The translations under genes and the position numbers were made by a program. Positions 51,033 to 63,735 of a stretch of DNA of 64,000 nt are shown piece by piece. Source of the stretch: Squalus acanthias (Eukaryota); contig CM059428.1 of NCBI GenBank assembly GCA_030390025.1, forward strand, positions 19,902,001 to 19,966,000, given 5' to 3'. Each line of letters opens with the position of its first letter. Position 1 is the stretch's first letter. A model generated the notes under the pieces. That model was given only the letters and a program-made list of their open reading frames with translations, did not search any database and was not told the DNA's origin.

Positions 51033-53309
51033 AGGAGTATCTTACAAAGATTTTAAGGGAAACACATGAATGTAGTCACCACACTTATTAAGAGCAGAAA
51101 TTAGAACTTGCATGGTATTAGCAGAGGTAGTGGAAAAAATAAATGTTGAAAGGTATGAAACATCGGAAAATATTTGAGGGTGTGGGGCTGGAGAGAAGGA
51201 ACAAAACTTTGGTGGTAGCTTTATTCTTTTGAAGATGATAGCAACATTGAAACTCTTTATATAAAAAAAAATAATTAAAAATAATGCAGGACCAATATCT
51301 TGCTTTTCTGAAGCAATACTGCAAACAACATCATTGACCACTGAAGATCTATATCGGGAAAACTTTGGAATATTTAGAAAAATCTGAAATTTGTTCCAGT
51401 TCAGATTGCTTTGATTACAACTTTCTGTTTAAAAAAAAAAGAGAAGGATTCTTATCTGGTGTCAGTAGAAAATTGTAGTTTTTGCCTGTTCTGTGGTACT
51501 TGTCATGTTATTTTTAAAAGTAGTATGAAAAGAATGCCTATATGGTTTCCATCAGCAGCTGGAAGAGAGAGTGGTACGTGTGATATTCTTTCTTGTTTTG
51601 GTAGTGCAGTATGTTGCTATACCAGTGCTTCATCAGAGAGGCAGAGAGGTTTAAACCTGTGGTTCCCCACATGTTGAGTTTCTGGATGATCTCAATCCTT
51701 TGTGAGAGTGGAAGTGCTGAGTAGAGGCCAAGCACTACATCATAGGAATAGGGTCAAACTGGGGGACAGTTGCAGACCTTCTAGCAGCTGGTTGCATTGG
51801 TCGAGGGTTTGGAGCAAGCCACTTGCCCTCACTCTCTCGGTTAGGAGTGATGTAGTTTGTGTGCGTAAGCTTCATCCACAGCAACTTCCAGATCGAGTAG
51901 TGAAGGCAAAAACCTTAGTATCTTTCAAGAAACATTTCTATTCTATAATGGGGGAATGTTAGGATTTCTTTGGAAAGGTGAATCAAGGTGGGCTGAATGG
52001 CCTTCCTCATTCATTATTCTCTTGGGATCTTGAGAGAAATTCTCCAGAGAGAGTTGTGTCTCATTGCATAGAAGACAACTAGTATCTGTGTTTGCAACAC
52101 GATGAAGATCCTTACAGCCTGGAAGAAATGAGCAACTGATTTTAACAGTGCATTTAGGGAAATCCTTTTCTGTCTCATTTAGCTTCCCTGCCTGACCCTT
52201 AACTCGTGCTACAAAATCAGCTGTCCATTTGGAACATTAGAAATTCTGATGTCCAGAACTCTCTTTGCTCCCTTTGGTTGAAGACTTTGACCAGTTCCCA
52301 GTCCTGGGCACTAACAGATGTCTGGGGATACATTTATGTTGGGTGCTTCTATAGTTTGGGTCATAAGAAAGCACTGTTTACATTGGTAAAACTGTCTACT
52401 TAATGGTTGCAGAATTGCTGGTTTTAGCAATGTAAATGCTGTTTTTTCACAATCTGAACGACTAGAAACACAAAAGAAAAATGTGCTTTAGGATCCACGA
52501 CCAAATCCAGCACATCTTAAAGACTGCTGCTACCAGTTTTAAACATGTCTTTGCTGTTTTGCCCTCCTGCACACTGCTTTACTTTCTACTAGTTTAGTGA
52601 CTTTGTGTGGAGCGACTAGAAATACAGAGGCCCCTCTTTTCAATGAACTGTACACATGCAACATGGCCCCACCCCCACTTCTTGTTTTCATTATCAACCA
52701 CCTGCTTGAACCCCTATCCCCAGACCCCCTCCTCCTTCACCGCCAACAAGTGAGGGGAGCTCATAGATTTTTTTTGTCACCAAGCTGGAGACTATCCATT
52801 CAGCTACCTCTACTACTTCACCCCCCTTGCCAATCAAGCCAAATCTACCCCCAAGTCCCCCCACCCTTAGCCCTAAATCCCATCTCTCTCTCTTTTCTCC
52901 CCGATCTTTCCCCGCCTATGTCCTTTCAGAGCCATTGATATTAATTTGATGACCCTGCCCAGAGTCCTCATTTTCCCCACAGGAAGTGAAAGCTTCAAAT
53001 CTGTTTGAAAGCATAAGTTGCTCTAGGCTGTCCTGCTTTAATCTTTCCTTCCTGCCTTTTCCCGCCCCTCGGACAGTCACTGATCTTTCCACTGCCTGCT
53101 CCCTATCTCTCATTGATGTGACTATCCTCTCAAGTTCTAACTGTCAAAAAAAATGCTCTCCTTGATGTGTCAAATTGTCTCCATCTCCTTCTCAAGTTCT
53201 GAGATTTTGAGCTTGAACAATGTGAGTTGGTGATACTGCCACAGGCATGTTTGCCTGAGTCAACACTTTCCCACGTAATGGGCTACTACATGAAGTCTAA
53301 GCCCATTAT

Positions 53310-54385
53310 ATAGGTGGGAATATATTAAAATAGATTGTTAAATGGTAGATTAGGTGGTAGACAACAATGAGTAGCAGTTTTGGACAGGTATCTGGTTGGC
53401 AGCCAGTTGCCAGTGGGGTGACACACAAGGTTCAGTTTTGGGGCCGCTGTTGGTTATAATTTTTATAAATGAGTTTGAGTAAGGAATTATGTTGAAAATG
53501 TCCAGATTTGCAGATGATACCAAATTGGGAGCAGTGGCAAATGATGCGCACAAATTCAAAAGGAACTTGACAAGCTCGATCAGTGGGTGGAAAAATGGCA
53601 GATGCAGTTTAATACATGGAAATGTAAGGTTGAGATTTGGCAGAGGGAAGGTTGATGTGGATTATGTGCTAAATGGGAATGTACTTGAGGTATTGGAGCA
53701 GGAGATAAATCTTGGAGTTTTAGTGGACAGGTTCAGCACAATGTTCCCAGACTGTTTTAAAAAAGAAAACAAAAAAAAACCTGAAGAATGTTGGGATGCA
53801 CAGCAGGAAGCATAACATATAAATCCAAAGCGGTCATTCTAAATCTTTGTTTTGCCCTGGTGAGACCACATCGGGAACACTCTGTGTAGTTTTGGTCTCC
53901 CTATTTTCAGAAGGTATTCAGTTATTGGAGGGGGTTACAGAGAAGAGCTACACATTTGATCCTAGATTTTAAGAGAGTGATTAATGAGGAAAGATTGACA
54001 TCCTGGGTCTTTTCTCTCTTGAAAAGAGAAGATTGAGAGGAGATACGATAGAAGTGTTTAAAATTAAGAAGGGTTTTGGCCAAATTGGATTCAGGTCAAC
54101 TCTTCTGTTAGGTGCAGAATTTAAGCACATAGGGTCATATTTACAAATTAAGAACAACAAAAGAAAATAGGAAATGCTTGAAGTACTTCTTTTTACTAAA
54201 AGGATGGTAAGAATGTAGAACAGATTACTGTCATAGGTAGTGGAATAAGAAACCTTAATGGATTTCAAGAAGGAATTATACAGGTTTTTTGTCAACAAAT
54301 GGGATTCAGGGTTATTAGAAATGCACAAAGAGAATACTGTGGATAGGTGAGCTAGATGGATCAAAGGTTTACTCCTGCCTGAAAC
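53310..54385 (+). mobile_element. Old CR1 fragment (RT to 3' end)
   Basis: TQGSVLGPLL, RFADDTKLG, LVRPH, KRRLRGD.IEVFK remnants. Confidence 0.8.
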
Positions 54386-55527
54386 TGTTATTATGTAACA
54401 CCTGGTGCTCAAAACTCCCACATCTTACAGAAATGACATTTTCAGGTTTAGTTAGTTTTTTTTCTACTTTAAACTTTATATTACCGACTCCCATTCTCAC
54501 AAAATTCCTGTTTTAGATCGCTTCACTCTCGCATTGTTCCCACCTCACTCAGTGATGTGCTCTCAGCTCAACTTTGTTCTATTCATACTGATGCTACATT
54601 ACGCGATACAGACGCAACCTACCAGTACGCAAGCAATGTGTTGTAAGATATATGAAGAAGGTGGTCACAGCAGTATTATGGTATTAATGCAGCTCGTGAG
54701 GCATTAGTTTTAGTGGCCATGCTAACTACATCTCCCGTGACACACATTATTCCACCTCTGAATGAAATCCAATGGCATGCAGCCACAACATATTTTATGT
54801 TAAAAGTATTTTACCATTAACATTAAAAATAAAGTCCCCACACATTCATTTGCTGCCGCATCTCAGTGAGCGAATGACCTTTTTTTTTACTGTGCCATGT
54901 GATATCATTTCCTTTGAAGGCATCGCGATGAATTCCACTGCAAGAATGTACATTGAACCTAATATTTATGTAAATTAAGTGATTAGCATTTATTTGCAAA
55001 ATCAAAAGTAACAAAGTAACCATTTCAGGGCACTAATACTAACATGTACAGTCACTAAAGCACTTAAAAGGAAAGCACATTTTTTCCCAAACCCATTTTT
55101 CCCCTACATTTGAGCTTGGCCATAAATCCCTCAATGATCGAATACTCTCTTGGCGCTCATTATCTAGGCTTACACATTTCAAATTGCCACTTGGTGAATG
55201 TATTGAAGGGATCCCAGCAACCATATTTCCTGATTTTTCAAAGTAATTGGTGAGAGAGCCTGATTCCGCATCTCAATGTGAGTCACCACATTCAGCAGAG
55301 GAAGCAAGAAAATGATTTGGGTGAAGAAAAGAGGGGAAAAAAGGTAAATGAACAAATATGCAACACAGAATTTTGCATAGATCTATCAAGTGTGTTTTGA
55401 TGCACAGAAAAATGTATTACATACAATATAGAGAGACTAAATTGTAACAACTTAGCCTCTTCTACACAGTAGAATCAGTGCAGACATCTTGACATCCTAG
55501 AGCCACACACATATGTCCTTTTATGTT

Positions 55528-55921
55528 AGAAAAAAGAAAGATTTGCATTTATATAGCATCTTTCACGACCACCAGACGTCCCAAAGTGCTTTACAGCCAA
55601 TGAAGTCATTTTTGAAGTGTAGTCACTGTTGTAATGTGGGAAACGCAGCAGCCAATTTGCGCACAGCAAGCTCCCACAAACAGCAATATGATAATGACCA
55701 GATAATGGTTGTTTTTGTGATGTTGATTGAGGGATAAATATTGGCCAGGACACTGGGGATAACTCCCCTGCTCTTCTTCGAAATAGTGCCATGGGATCTT
55801 TTATGTCCGCCTGAGAGAGCAGACGGGGCCTCGGTTTAACGTCTCATCCCCCTGGAGTGGGACTTGAACCCACAACCTTCTGACTCAGACAAGAGTGCTA
55901 CCCACTGAGCCACAGTTGACA
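55528..55921 (-). mobile_element. Deu-domain SINE with internal deletion
   Basis: Reverse complement of the 30607 family: gtggctcagtgggtagcactcttgtctgagtcagaaggttgtgggttcaagtccc head and Deu core. Confidence 0.85.
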
Positions 55922-57152
55922 CTGTATTGTAAAGGGCAAGTTCAAGTGCAAAGGATATGATTGGAGAAGCTCTACCTCTACTTAAGAGGGATCATCTTGA
56001 GGTTTATAAAAATATTAAATTGTACTGATAAAATCAACCTAGAATATTATTTCTAAGTAGGTCATAAATTTAAATTATTGAAAAATAAATTTAGAGCAGA
56101 AAATTGAATTATTTTATTCAAAGGACATTAAATGTTTGAGGATAGTCTTGGGAAAGACATTAGGAATGTTCAAAATGTAGTTTGGCATTCGGCTAGGCAG
56201 GTTACTATGCTGGAAGGACAAGCTTTGATGGACTGAATAACCATTTGCGTCCTTAACTGTTCTTGCATTATGATTAGGTAAGCCGTGATGACAGCCTCAC
56301 CTGGAGCCAGCTAACTAGAATGCACTTTAGTGTTTCAATTGTACACGTCAGTCTGGAATTTTAAGTTGCTACTTCTGAATCAGATAATTTAATGTCACTT
56401 TTACACAAGATTTTGCCTGTTTAACCAAAAGACAATAATTTAATTTATGTGCTTTTCTTTTTTTTTTAAAAAGGAAAGGTCGAAAAGTTCGTGGAATTTA
56501 TATTTAAAAAACCACAAACACATTGATGGATTTATGTCTAACAGTGCCAAATAATGTACCTTTACTGTCCTCAAACTTGCTGAATGTAGTTTCAGTGGAT
56601 GCTTTTTAAGATCATCTCTGATAAGGTCACCTCCTGGCTCCATGTATTCTGTCTAGCTGAGAGGCTAATATCTGCTTAGTGAACTATAAAACCTCAGTCT
56701 ATGCAATTCAGCCTGCAAATTATACAATAAATCAATCACCACACACTGGCACAGGCCATATAACTATTACGAAAGAAAAGCTATTTTGCTCAAGGGTTTT
56801 CCGGTACATTATACAAGCACCAGGTAAAAGTTGTTACCTTACTCTGCCTAACCAGTAATCTGCAAATGCCTTTGACAATAGAAAAAATTGGATGTGCAAC
56901 ATTTAATTATGCCTAGTTTTGCTTCACTGCATAGAGTTAAAAGATAAAATATTGGCCCAGAATTTGCTGAAAAAGTAACAGCGTCTGAACGACACTTGCT
57001 CTTATTTCTGTGCAAATCGTCCAGCAACTTATTGCAAGGAAGAGATTCCTCGTGAATTGTGAATCGCTACAAATTGCTGGCTGATTTGCACCACTCTGCC
57101 GTTAGCTTCGCAAAAATGGCACCTCGTCCTTAACCTCCCTGTGATTTTCATG

Positions 57153-58309
57153 AAACATAGAAAAAAAAATAGGAGCAGGAGTAGGCCATTCAGCCCTTCG
57201 AGCCTGCTCCGCCATTCAATATGATCATGGCTGATCCTCTATCTCAATGGCCCAGAAATTGATCTCGCTCTGTTCCCGCGGGGGTAAGCCTTCCCCGCGA
57301 TGTCTCACCTCGCTTATGCTTTTTCTGATCCAGCTCGCACGAACTTGATGTTCCAGACATCAGCTGTGCTGGGCTTGCGTATCCCAGCGGCGTAGTGAAT
57401 TCGTGCGAGCTGTGGGATCACGTGACTCAGTTAGAGCCAATGGCAGCACACCATCTTCCATTCATAAGTCTCACAGCATGGCTGTGAGACTTATGAATCT
57501 TACACCCCCCCAAAATAACAGCTAAACCTCAATTAAATTAAAAAAAAAACCCATCACATTAATAAAATAAGTATAGTTAATTAAATTAACCATTTTAAAT
57601 AAAAAATTAAATTTTTGAAAAAATTTAAAATCTTTTAAAAAGTTATAAAAATAAACTTACCTGTCTTTAAAGTCTATAAAAAAGATATACCTGTAAAAAA
57701 AAAAATTCAAAAAAATACTTAATTCACTACTTACCTTCTTAAAAGCGGGTCTTACTCCTCCTTTTTACATTTCCAAAATCTTCCCTACTTACCTGCGCGT
57801 CCAAAGCATGAAGTGCACAGCGTGCGCGCAGCCTGTAGCGCGCACGCGATGCACCCAGGCCCCGCCCCCTTTTCGGAAGAGCAATTGCCGGTTTTCAGCG
57901 CATGCGCAGGGCATGCAGAAAACCGGCAATTGGAGTGGGAATACGCGAGAGTACGCAGTGCGTACTCTCGCGTCCCGGGATCAATTTTCGGCCCAATATC
58001 ATATTCCCGCTCTCTCCCCATACCCCTCGATGCCTTTTGCATCTGGAAATCTATCTATCTCCTTCTTAAATATGTTCAGTGGCTTGGCCTCCACAGCCTT
58101 CTGTGGTAGAGAATTCCACAGGTTCATCCTACCCCGTATCCTGAGACTGTGACCCCTCATTCTCGCACCCCCCCCAGCCAGGGGAAACATCCTCCCTGCA
58201 TCCAGTTTGTCTAGCCCTGTCAGAATTTTATACGTTTCAATGAGATCCCCTCTCATTCTTCTAAACTCTAGTGAATACAGGCCTAGTCGACCCAATCTCG
58301 CCTCATACG
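57153..58309 (-). mobile_element. CR1 3' fragment (middle layer)
   Basis: YEARLGRLGLYSLEFRRMRGDLIETYKIL on the minus strand; 3' UTR at 57153-57248. Confidence 0.88.
57249..57994. mobile_element. Harbinger-type MITE (inner layer)
   Basis: TIRs GGCCCAGAAATTGATC / GATCAATTTTCGGCCC; perfect AAT TSD. Confidence 0.88.
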
Positions 58310-58989
58310 AAGTTGCTGCATTTGCGCATTCATTGCCCATTAAACTCGTCACAGAAAGTTAAGTCTAGTAATTAACAGTACAAGTACCCTTTTAATGACA
58401 TGATAATTGTTAATGACTGCCAATCAACCTTTCTTGCCCAGAAAATGAATAATTCTAAGTGTGGAGTCCCATTCCTTCAGGTTATGATTTGGTGTTGGCG
58501 ATTTAAAAAAAAAGTCAAATGTTTAATTTTTCATTCTTTTTCTTACTTTTCCTTTCTGTCTCTTTTTCTCTCTCTCTTAATCCAGTCTTTCCTTCCCTCT
58601 CTTTATTTCTCTTTCTGTACCTGATTTGACATTGAATTCACCCACTCTAATTCACCCTCCTTCTCAGTCCTTCCCCTGTTTATTTCTCAATCCTTTAAAT
58701 TCATTGGTTAAGGAGATACACTGTTTGTCCCGTTGTTCACCAAGGTCCCAGATGCCCTGTAGCCCTCGCTGCGCTGTTACCAGCTCACACTTCCAGCAAC
58801 TTTGTGGGCAAAAAATTTTAAACATGCATGAACCAGTCTAACGAACAGGGCCTCAAGATGCCGCGCTCTAGCAAAATCTGGGCCGTTATCACAGCAAACA
58901 TGGGATTGCTCAGCTGTTTAAATATAGAATTAAAAATATTAGTTACTCATTCCAGTTAATTATTTTGAGTGCTTTACTCTGAGTCTTGT

Positions 58990-59261
58990 CTTAGCGATAG
59001 CACCCTCAGCTTTAAGTCAGAAGGACGTGGGTTCAAGCCATACTCCAGAGACTTGATCACATAATCCAGGCTGACACTTCAATACAATACTGAGGGAGTT
59101 CTGCAATGTCGGAGATAGCATCTTTTGGGTGAGATGTTAAATCGAGGCCCGTAAGCGCTCTCATTGTAAAAATCCAATAGCACTATTCGAAGAAGAGCAG
59201 GGGAGTTGTCCCAGTGTCCTGGCCAGTATGTGTCTCTCAACCAACATCACCAATACAGATT
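58990..59261 (+). mobile_element. Deu-domain SINE, 3'-truncated
   Basis: agtcagaaggacgtgggttcaagcc head; gcactattcgaagaagagcagggg core. Confidence 0.8.
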
Positions 59262-59924
59262 GAAGGTGAGAGGGTGTCTGGCATCTCATCACCTCCCCTT
59301 GTGGGTGGGTGGGGGGGGGGGGGTGGTGTAGAGTAAGTGGGAGGCGAGTGAATGAAGAGTTAAGATGAGGTGAATGACAGTAGATCTGAGGGGGAGGGGT
59401 GGGTACAGGGAGTTCAAAGGGGAAGAGATATGGTTAGTGATGAGAGTGAGGGAGCGGTAGGAAACGGAAGGAATAATGGGAGGGTAAAAGGGTAGGGGGT
59501 CACATGATGGGAGTGGGCAGATGAAGGCAAAGGTAGGGGAACCATTGAGGGCCACGTTTCCCCCACAAATTCCCACCCTAAAATAGAACTTGCAACTGTT
59601 GGTGACTACTTTCTGTGCCACGCCACCCATCACCTCTCACCCAAAAGGATAGAAGAGAAAGACAGAGAGAGAATCTAAAAGAAAAGTTAGGGAGAGCAGT
59701 AGTAGAAGTAGAAGCAGAGAGAAACCGCAACCTTAAGAGAGAGACCATACTCTCCCAATTATATGCAACGCCACAGGAAATCAATTAGTGTATATTATAT
59801 ATGCTAGTAGATCTCTAGTGACACTTCATACAGAGAATAAAGACCAGACATAGTCATTAGGTGATGCGGAGTTAGCGGCTGAGGGACAGTTGGATCAGGA
59901 TGCGCAGGTGTAAGTTTATATGTT

Positions 59925-60652
59925 GGCCCGTAATTTCCGATGGGAGGCTTCCTGCGTGCAGGTGCCTCCTATCGGAAAAAAATCTACACACTTACCTGAG
60001 GGCTCCCGAGGTCCGGACACTTCCGATGCTGGGCCCTCTCAACAGTCGAAATGCGCCGGGCCCACGTATCCCAGGGGCGCATGCGGTTCGCAAGCGTCCC
60101 TGGGATCACGTGGGCCAGGCAAGCCAATGAAAGAAGGGAATCTCCCTTCATACTTTTGACAGATAGACCTGTCAAAAGTATGAATGGGGATCATTGAAAA
60201 AAGACACAAAAACATTAAATAAATTTTAAAAAAGCCACCACGTTTTTAAAATGAGTTAAAATTACATTAAATTAAATTAAATATTTTAAAAGTTTTTTAA
60301 GGAGCTAAAAATAAACTTACCTTTTTTAAAAGTATTTTAAAATTATAAATGAGTGGGGGAAAAAAATATTTTTTGTTACTTTTTTAAACTCTTATGCTGG
60401 TAAAACCTGCTTTTACCAGGCGTAAGATTTCTAAGGGTTTTTAGCGGGCAGAGGTTCTGCAGAAAGCGGAACTCTCCCCCCGCAGAGGCCCTTCTCCAGG
60501 GCAGGCGTCCGAACTGTCTAGAGGATTCTTGACAGATCGGAAATGCCGGTTTTCAGCACGTGCGCTTCGCATGCCTGAAACCGGCATTTCCGATGTCCCT
60601 ACGGGTGTGTACACAGCTCGTACACACCCGTAGGCATCGGAAAATACGGGCC
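59925..60652. mobile_element. Harbinger-type MITE
   Basis: 17-bp TIRs GGCCCGTAATTTCCGAT / ATCGGAAAATACGGGCC; same internal layout as 57249-57994; TSD degenerate (GTT/AAT). Confidence 0.85.
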
Positions 60653-60817
60653 AATATTTTGATGATATATATCGTAAAATAGCAGAATTTATGGCAATTT
60701 GGGAAGCAGAGAAATAGAGTTGTTTGGAGCATAGATGTTTCTCTGCAAGGGAGACTGCAGAGCTGGGAGAAGTAAAACTGAGGTGCTACAATGCCAGCAC
60801 TGGTGGGAGGGTATAAT

Positions 60818-61015
60818 TACTTTCTGTGTTTAAAACCTTACTTTCTGTGTTTAAAACCTTACTTCCAGCTGACACTATTTTGTCACACTTTTGCATAATT
60901 AAATAGGTAGTTTGCATTATAAATTGTGCACATAGGAATTTATAATAGGGAAGTTGATGTAAAAGTGTGACAACTGGAAGTAAGGTTTTAAAGACAGGAA
61001 GTGTGTGCATTTCTA
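60818..61015. repeat. Imperfect palindrome with an internal 21-bp tandem duplication
   Basis: AAAACCTTACTTCCAG / CTGGAAGTAAGGTTTT and TTGTCACACTTTT / AAAAGTGTGACAA; (TACTTTCTGTGTTTAAAACCT)x2. Confidence 0.7.
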
Positions 61016-61561
61016 ATATAGTACTGTCGATCTCCTGTGGTTTTTTTCACCCAGCGATTCAAAACCAAGTGGAGACTTTAGGTGGAGTGCCTTGGGATGT
61101 TTTACTACGTTAAAGGCGCTATATAAATACAAGTTGTTGTTGTTGTTGGAGCAGGGTTTGAAGGCGGGCGGAGAGTTCCGCTTTCTGCAGAACCTCCGCC
61201 CACTGAAAACCCTGAGAAATCTTACGCCTGGTAAAAGCAGGCGTAAGGCCTGCTTTTACCAGCATAAGAGCTTAAAAGTACAAAAAATAATTTTTTTTCA
61301 CTCATTTGTAATATAGAAATGCACACACTTCCTGTCTATAAAACCTTACTTCCAGTTGTCACACTTTTACATCAACTTTCCTATTATAAATTCCTATGTG
61401 TTGTTGTTTTTGGAGCAGGGTTTGAAGGCAAGGGATCATTGTTTTGGGGCATTCAGATATGATTCAGTTCCCATTTTAAATCCATGCATTCTGTCCTCCT
61501 TGTTTTTATATTACCATTATACGTTTCTGTGTCCACATTTATAATGGAAGTTACTTAGGTG

Positions 61562-61648
61562 AACTTGTCACAAAGTAATTACACTCTCCTGCCAGTAGTG
61601 CATCAGCGCCTCCAATGGCAGGAGGGTGTAATTACAATGTGATAAGTT
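61562..61648. repeat. Small hairpin element
   Basis: AACTTGTCACA..GTAATTACACTCTCCTGCCA / TGGCAGGAGGGTGTAATTAC..TGTGATAAGTT. Confidence 0.65.
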
Positions 61649-62394
61649 TACATCGGCAGTTTTCATTATCATAGCATCGTAGAATGATACAGCACAGAAG
61701 GAGGCCATTCGGGCATCGTGCCTGTGTCGGCTCTTCGAAAGAGCGATCCAGTTAGTCCCACCCCTCCTGCTTTTTCCCCATAGCCCTGCACATTTTATAT
61801 TACAAATGTGAACATCTGAATTTATAATAGAAAAATAATATCAACAGAGAACACATTGGGAAATGGCAATTTACAGAAAATGAACCATCACATGGCATAG
61901 GGCTGTGTAACTAGTTTTAAATTCCATTATATTGTATGCGTGGACAGAATTTTTATGATTTGCCTTTGTTGGGCAAATTGTGAAACTGGCAGCTTCTATA
62001 CTCATAAAACCACCATGCAATGTGTGATGCATGTGCATACAAAATGATAGCCTTTTGGTTTGTCTTGTCCTTTCTGCTAACATTTTTTAATCAGTTACAA
62101 TTATTCAATCTTTGCTACAACATCCAACTGTTGGAGATTACTGTGATTATAAAAAGAACAATAATAGTTTTGCCACTATTTTGTATCCCCCTGTTTTTCT
62201 CCTAACTTCACATTCTAACTACCACTTGACCAGATAATACTACAGTAATTCTTTCATAAAGAAAGCACCAGGTTTCCTCTGTGGCAACTCTCCATGAATA
62301 AAGTCATTTCATTGTTGTAATCTCTTTAAAAAATAACTTAACTATACTGACAAGATAACAAATAGTATAAGACCTACAAAAGGCCAGTCGGTTT

Positions 62395-63735
62395 AACGTC
62401 GGTGGTGGGGAAGCTTTTAGAAACAATAATCTAGGAGAAAATTTACAGCCACTTGGACAAGTATGGACGAATAAACGTGAGCCAGCGTGGATTTGTTAAG
62501 GGTAAATCGTATTTGACTAACTTGATTTAGTTTTTGATGAGGCAAGAGAGTGTGGATGAGGGTAATGCAGCTGATGTGTATATGGATTTTCAAAAGGTGT
62601 TTGATAAAGTACCACATATTAGGCTTGTTGGCAAAATTGAAGCCCATGCGATAAAAGGGGCAGTAGCAGCATGGATGCAAAATTTGCTAAGGGATAGAAA
62701 ACAAAATTTGCTACGGGATAGAAAACAGAGTTGTGGTGAATTTTGGACTGGAGGGAGGTGTACAATGGTATTCCCCAAGGTTCAGTACTAGGACCACTGC
62801 TGTTTTTAATATACATTAATGACTTGGACTTGGGGGTACAGGGCACAATTTCAAAATTTGCAGACAACACGAAACTTGGCACTGCAGTAAACAGTGAGGA
62901 AGATAGTAGCAGACTTCAAGAGGACATAGACAGGCTGGTGGAATGGGCGGACACATGGCAGATGAAATTCAACGCAGGAAAGTGTGAGGTAATACATTTT
63001 GGTAGGAAGAGTGAGGAGAGGCATTACAAGCTAAATGGTACAATTTTAAAGCAGGGTGCAAGAACAGAGAGACCTGGGTTGTTTGCACAAATCTTTGAAG
63101 GTAGCAGGACAGGTTAACAAAGCAGTTAATAAAGCATATGGGATCCTGGGCTTTATAAATGGAGGCATCGAGTACAAAAGGCAGGAGGTTATGTTAAAAC
63201 CTATATAAGACACTAGTTCAGCCCCAGCTGGAGTATTGTGTCCAATTCTGGACACTACACTTTAGGAAGGATATGAAGGCTTTGGAGAGGGTAGAGAAGA
63301 GAATTACTAGTCTAGTTCCAGGGATGAGGGATTACAGTTACGTGGATAGACTGGAGAAGCTGAGGTTGTTCTCCTTAGAGCAGAGAAGGCTAAGAGGAAA
63401 TTTGATCGAGGTGTTTAAGATCATGAAGGGTTTAGATAGAGTAAATAAAGAGAAATTGTTTCCAATGGCTGCAGGGTTGATAAGCAGAGGGCACAGATTT
63501 AAGATGATTGACAAAAGAACCAGAGGAGACATGAGGAAAATCTTTTTTACACAATGAGTGGTTAGGATTTGGAATGCACTGCATGATGGTAGCTTTCAAA
63601 AGATAATTGGATAAATACTTGAAGAAGGAAAAATTGCAGGGATATGGGGGAGTGGGACTAACTGGATTGCTTTTTGAAAGAGTTGTCACAGACTCAGTGG
63701 GCCGAATGGCTACCTTCTGTGCTGTATTATTCTTT
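62395..63735 (+). mobile_element. CR1 RT-to-3' fragment
   Basis: DVYMDFQKVFDKVPH, GIPQGSVLGP, KFADNTK, RRLRGNLIEVFK; 24-bp internal tandem duplication at 62678-62725. Confidence 0.9.

Larger units (their letters stand above)
56954..58884. mobile_element. Harbinger-type element (outer layer of a triple nest)
   Basis: TIRs GGCCCAGAATTTGCT / AGCAAAATCTGGGCC; TSD ATT/GTT. Confidence 0.85.
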
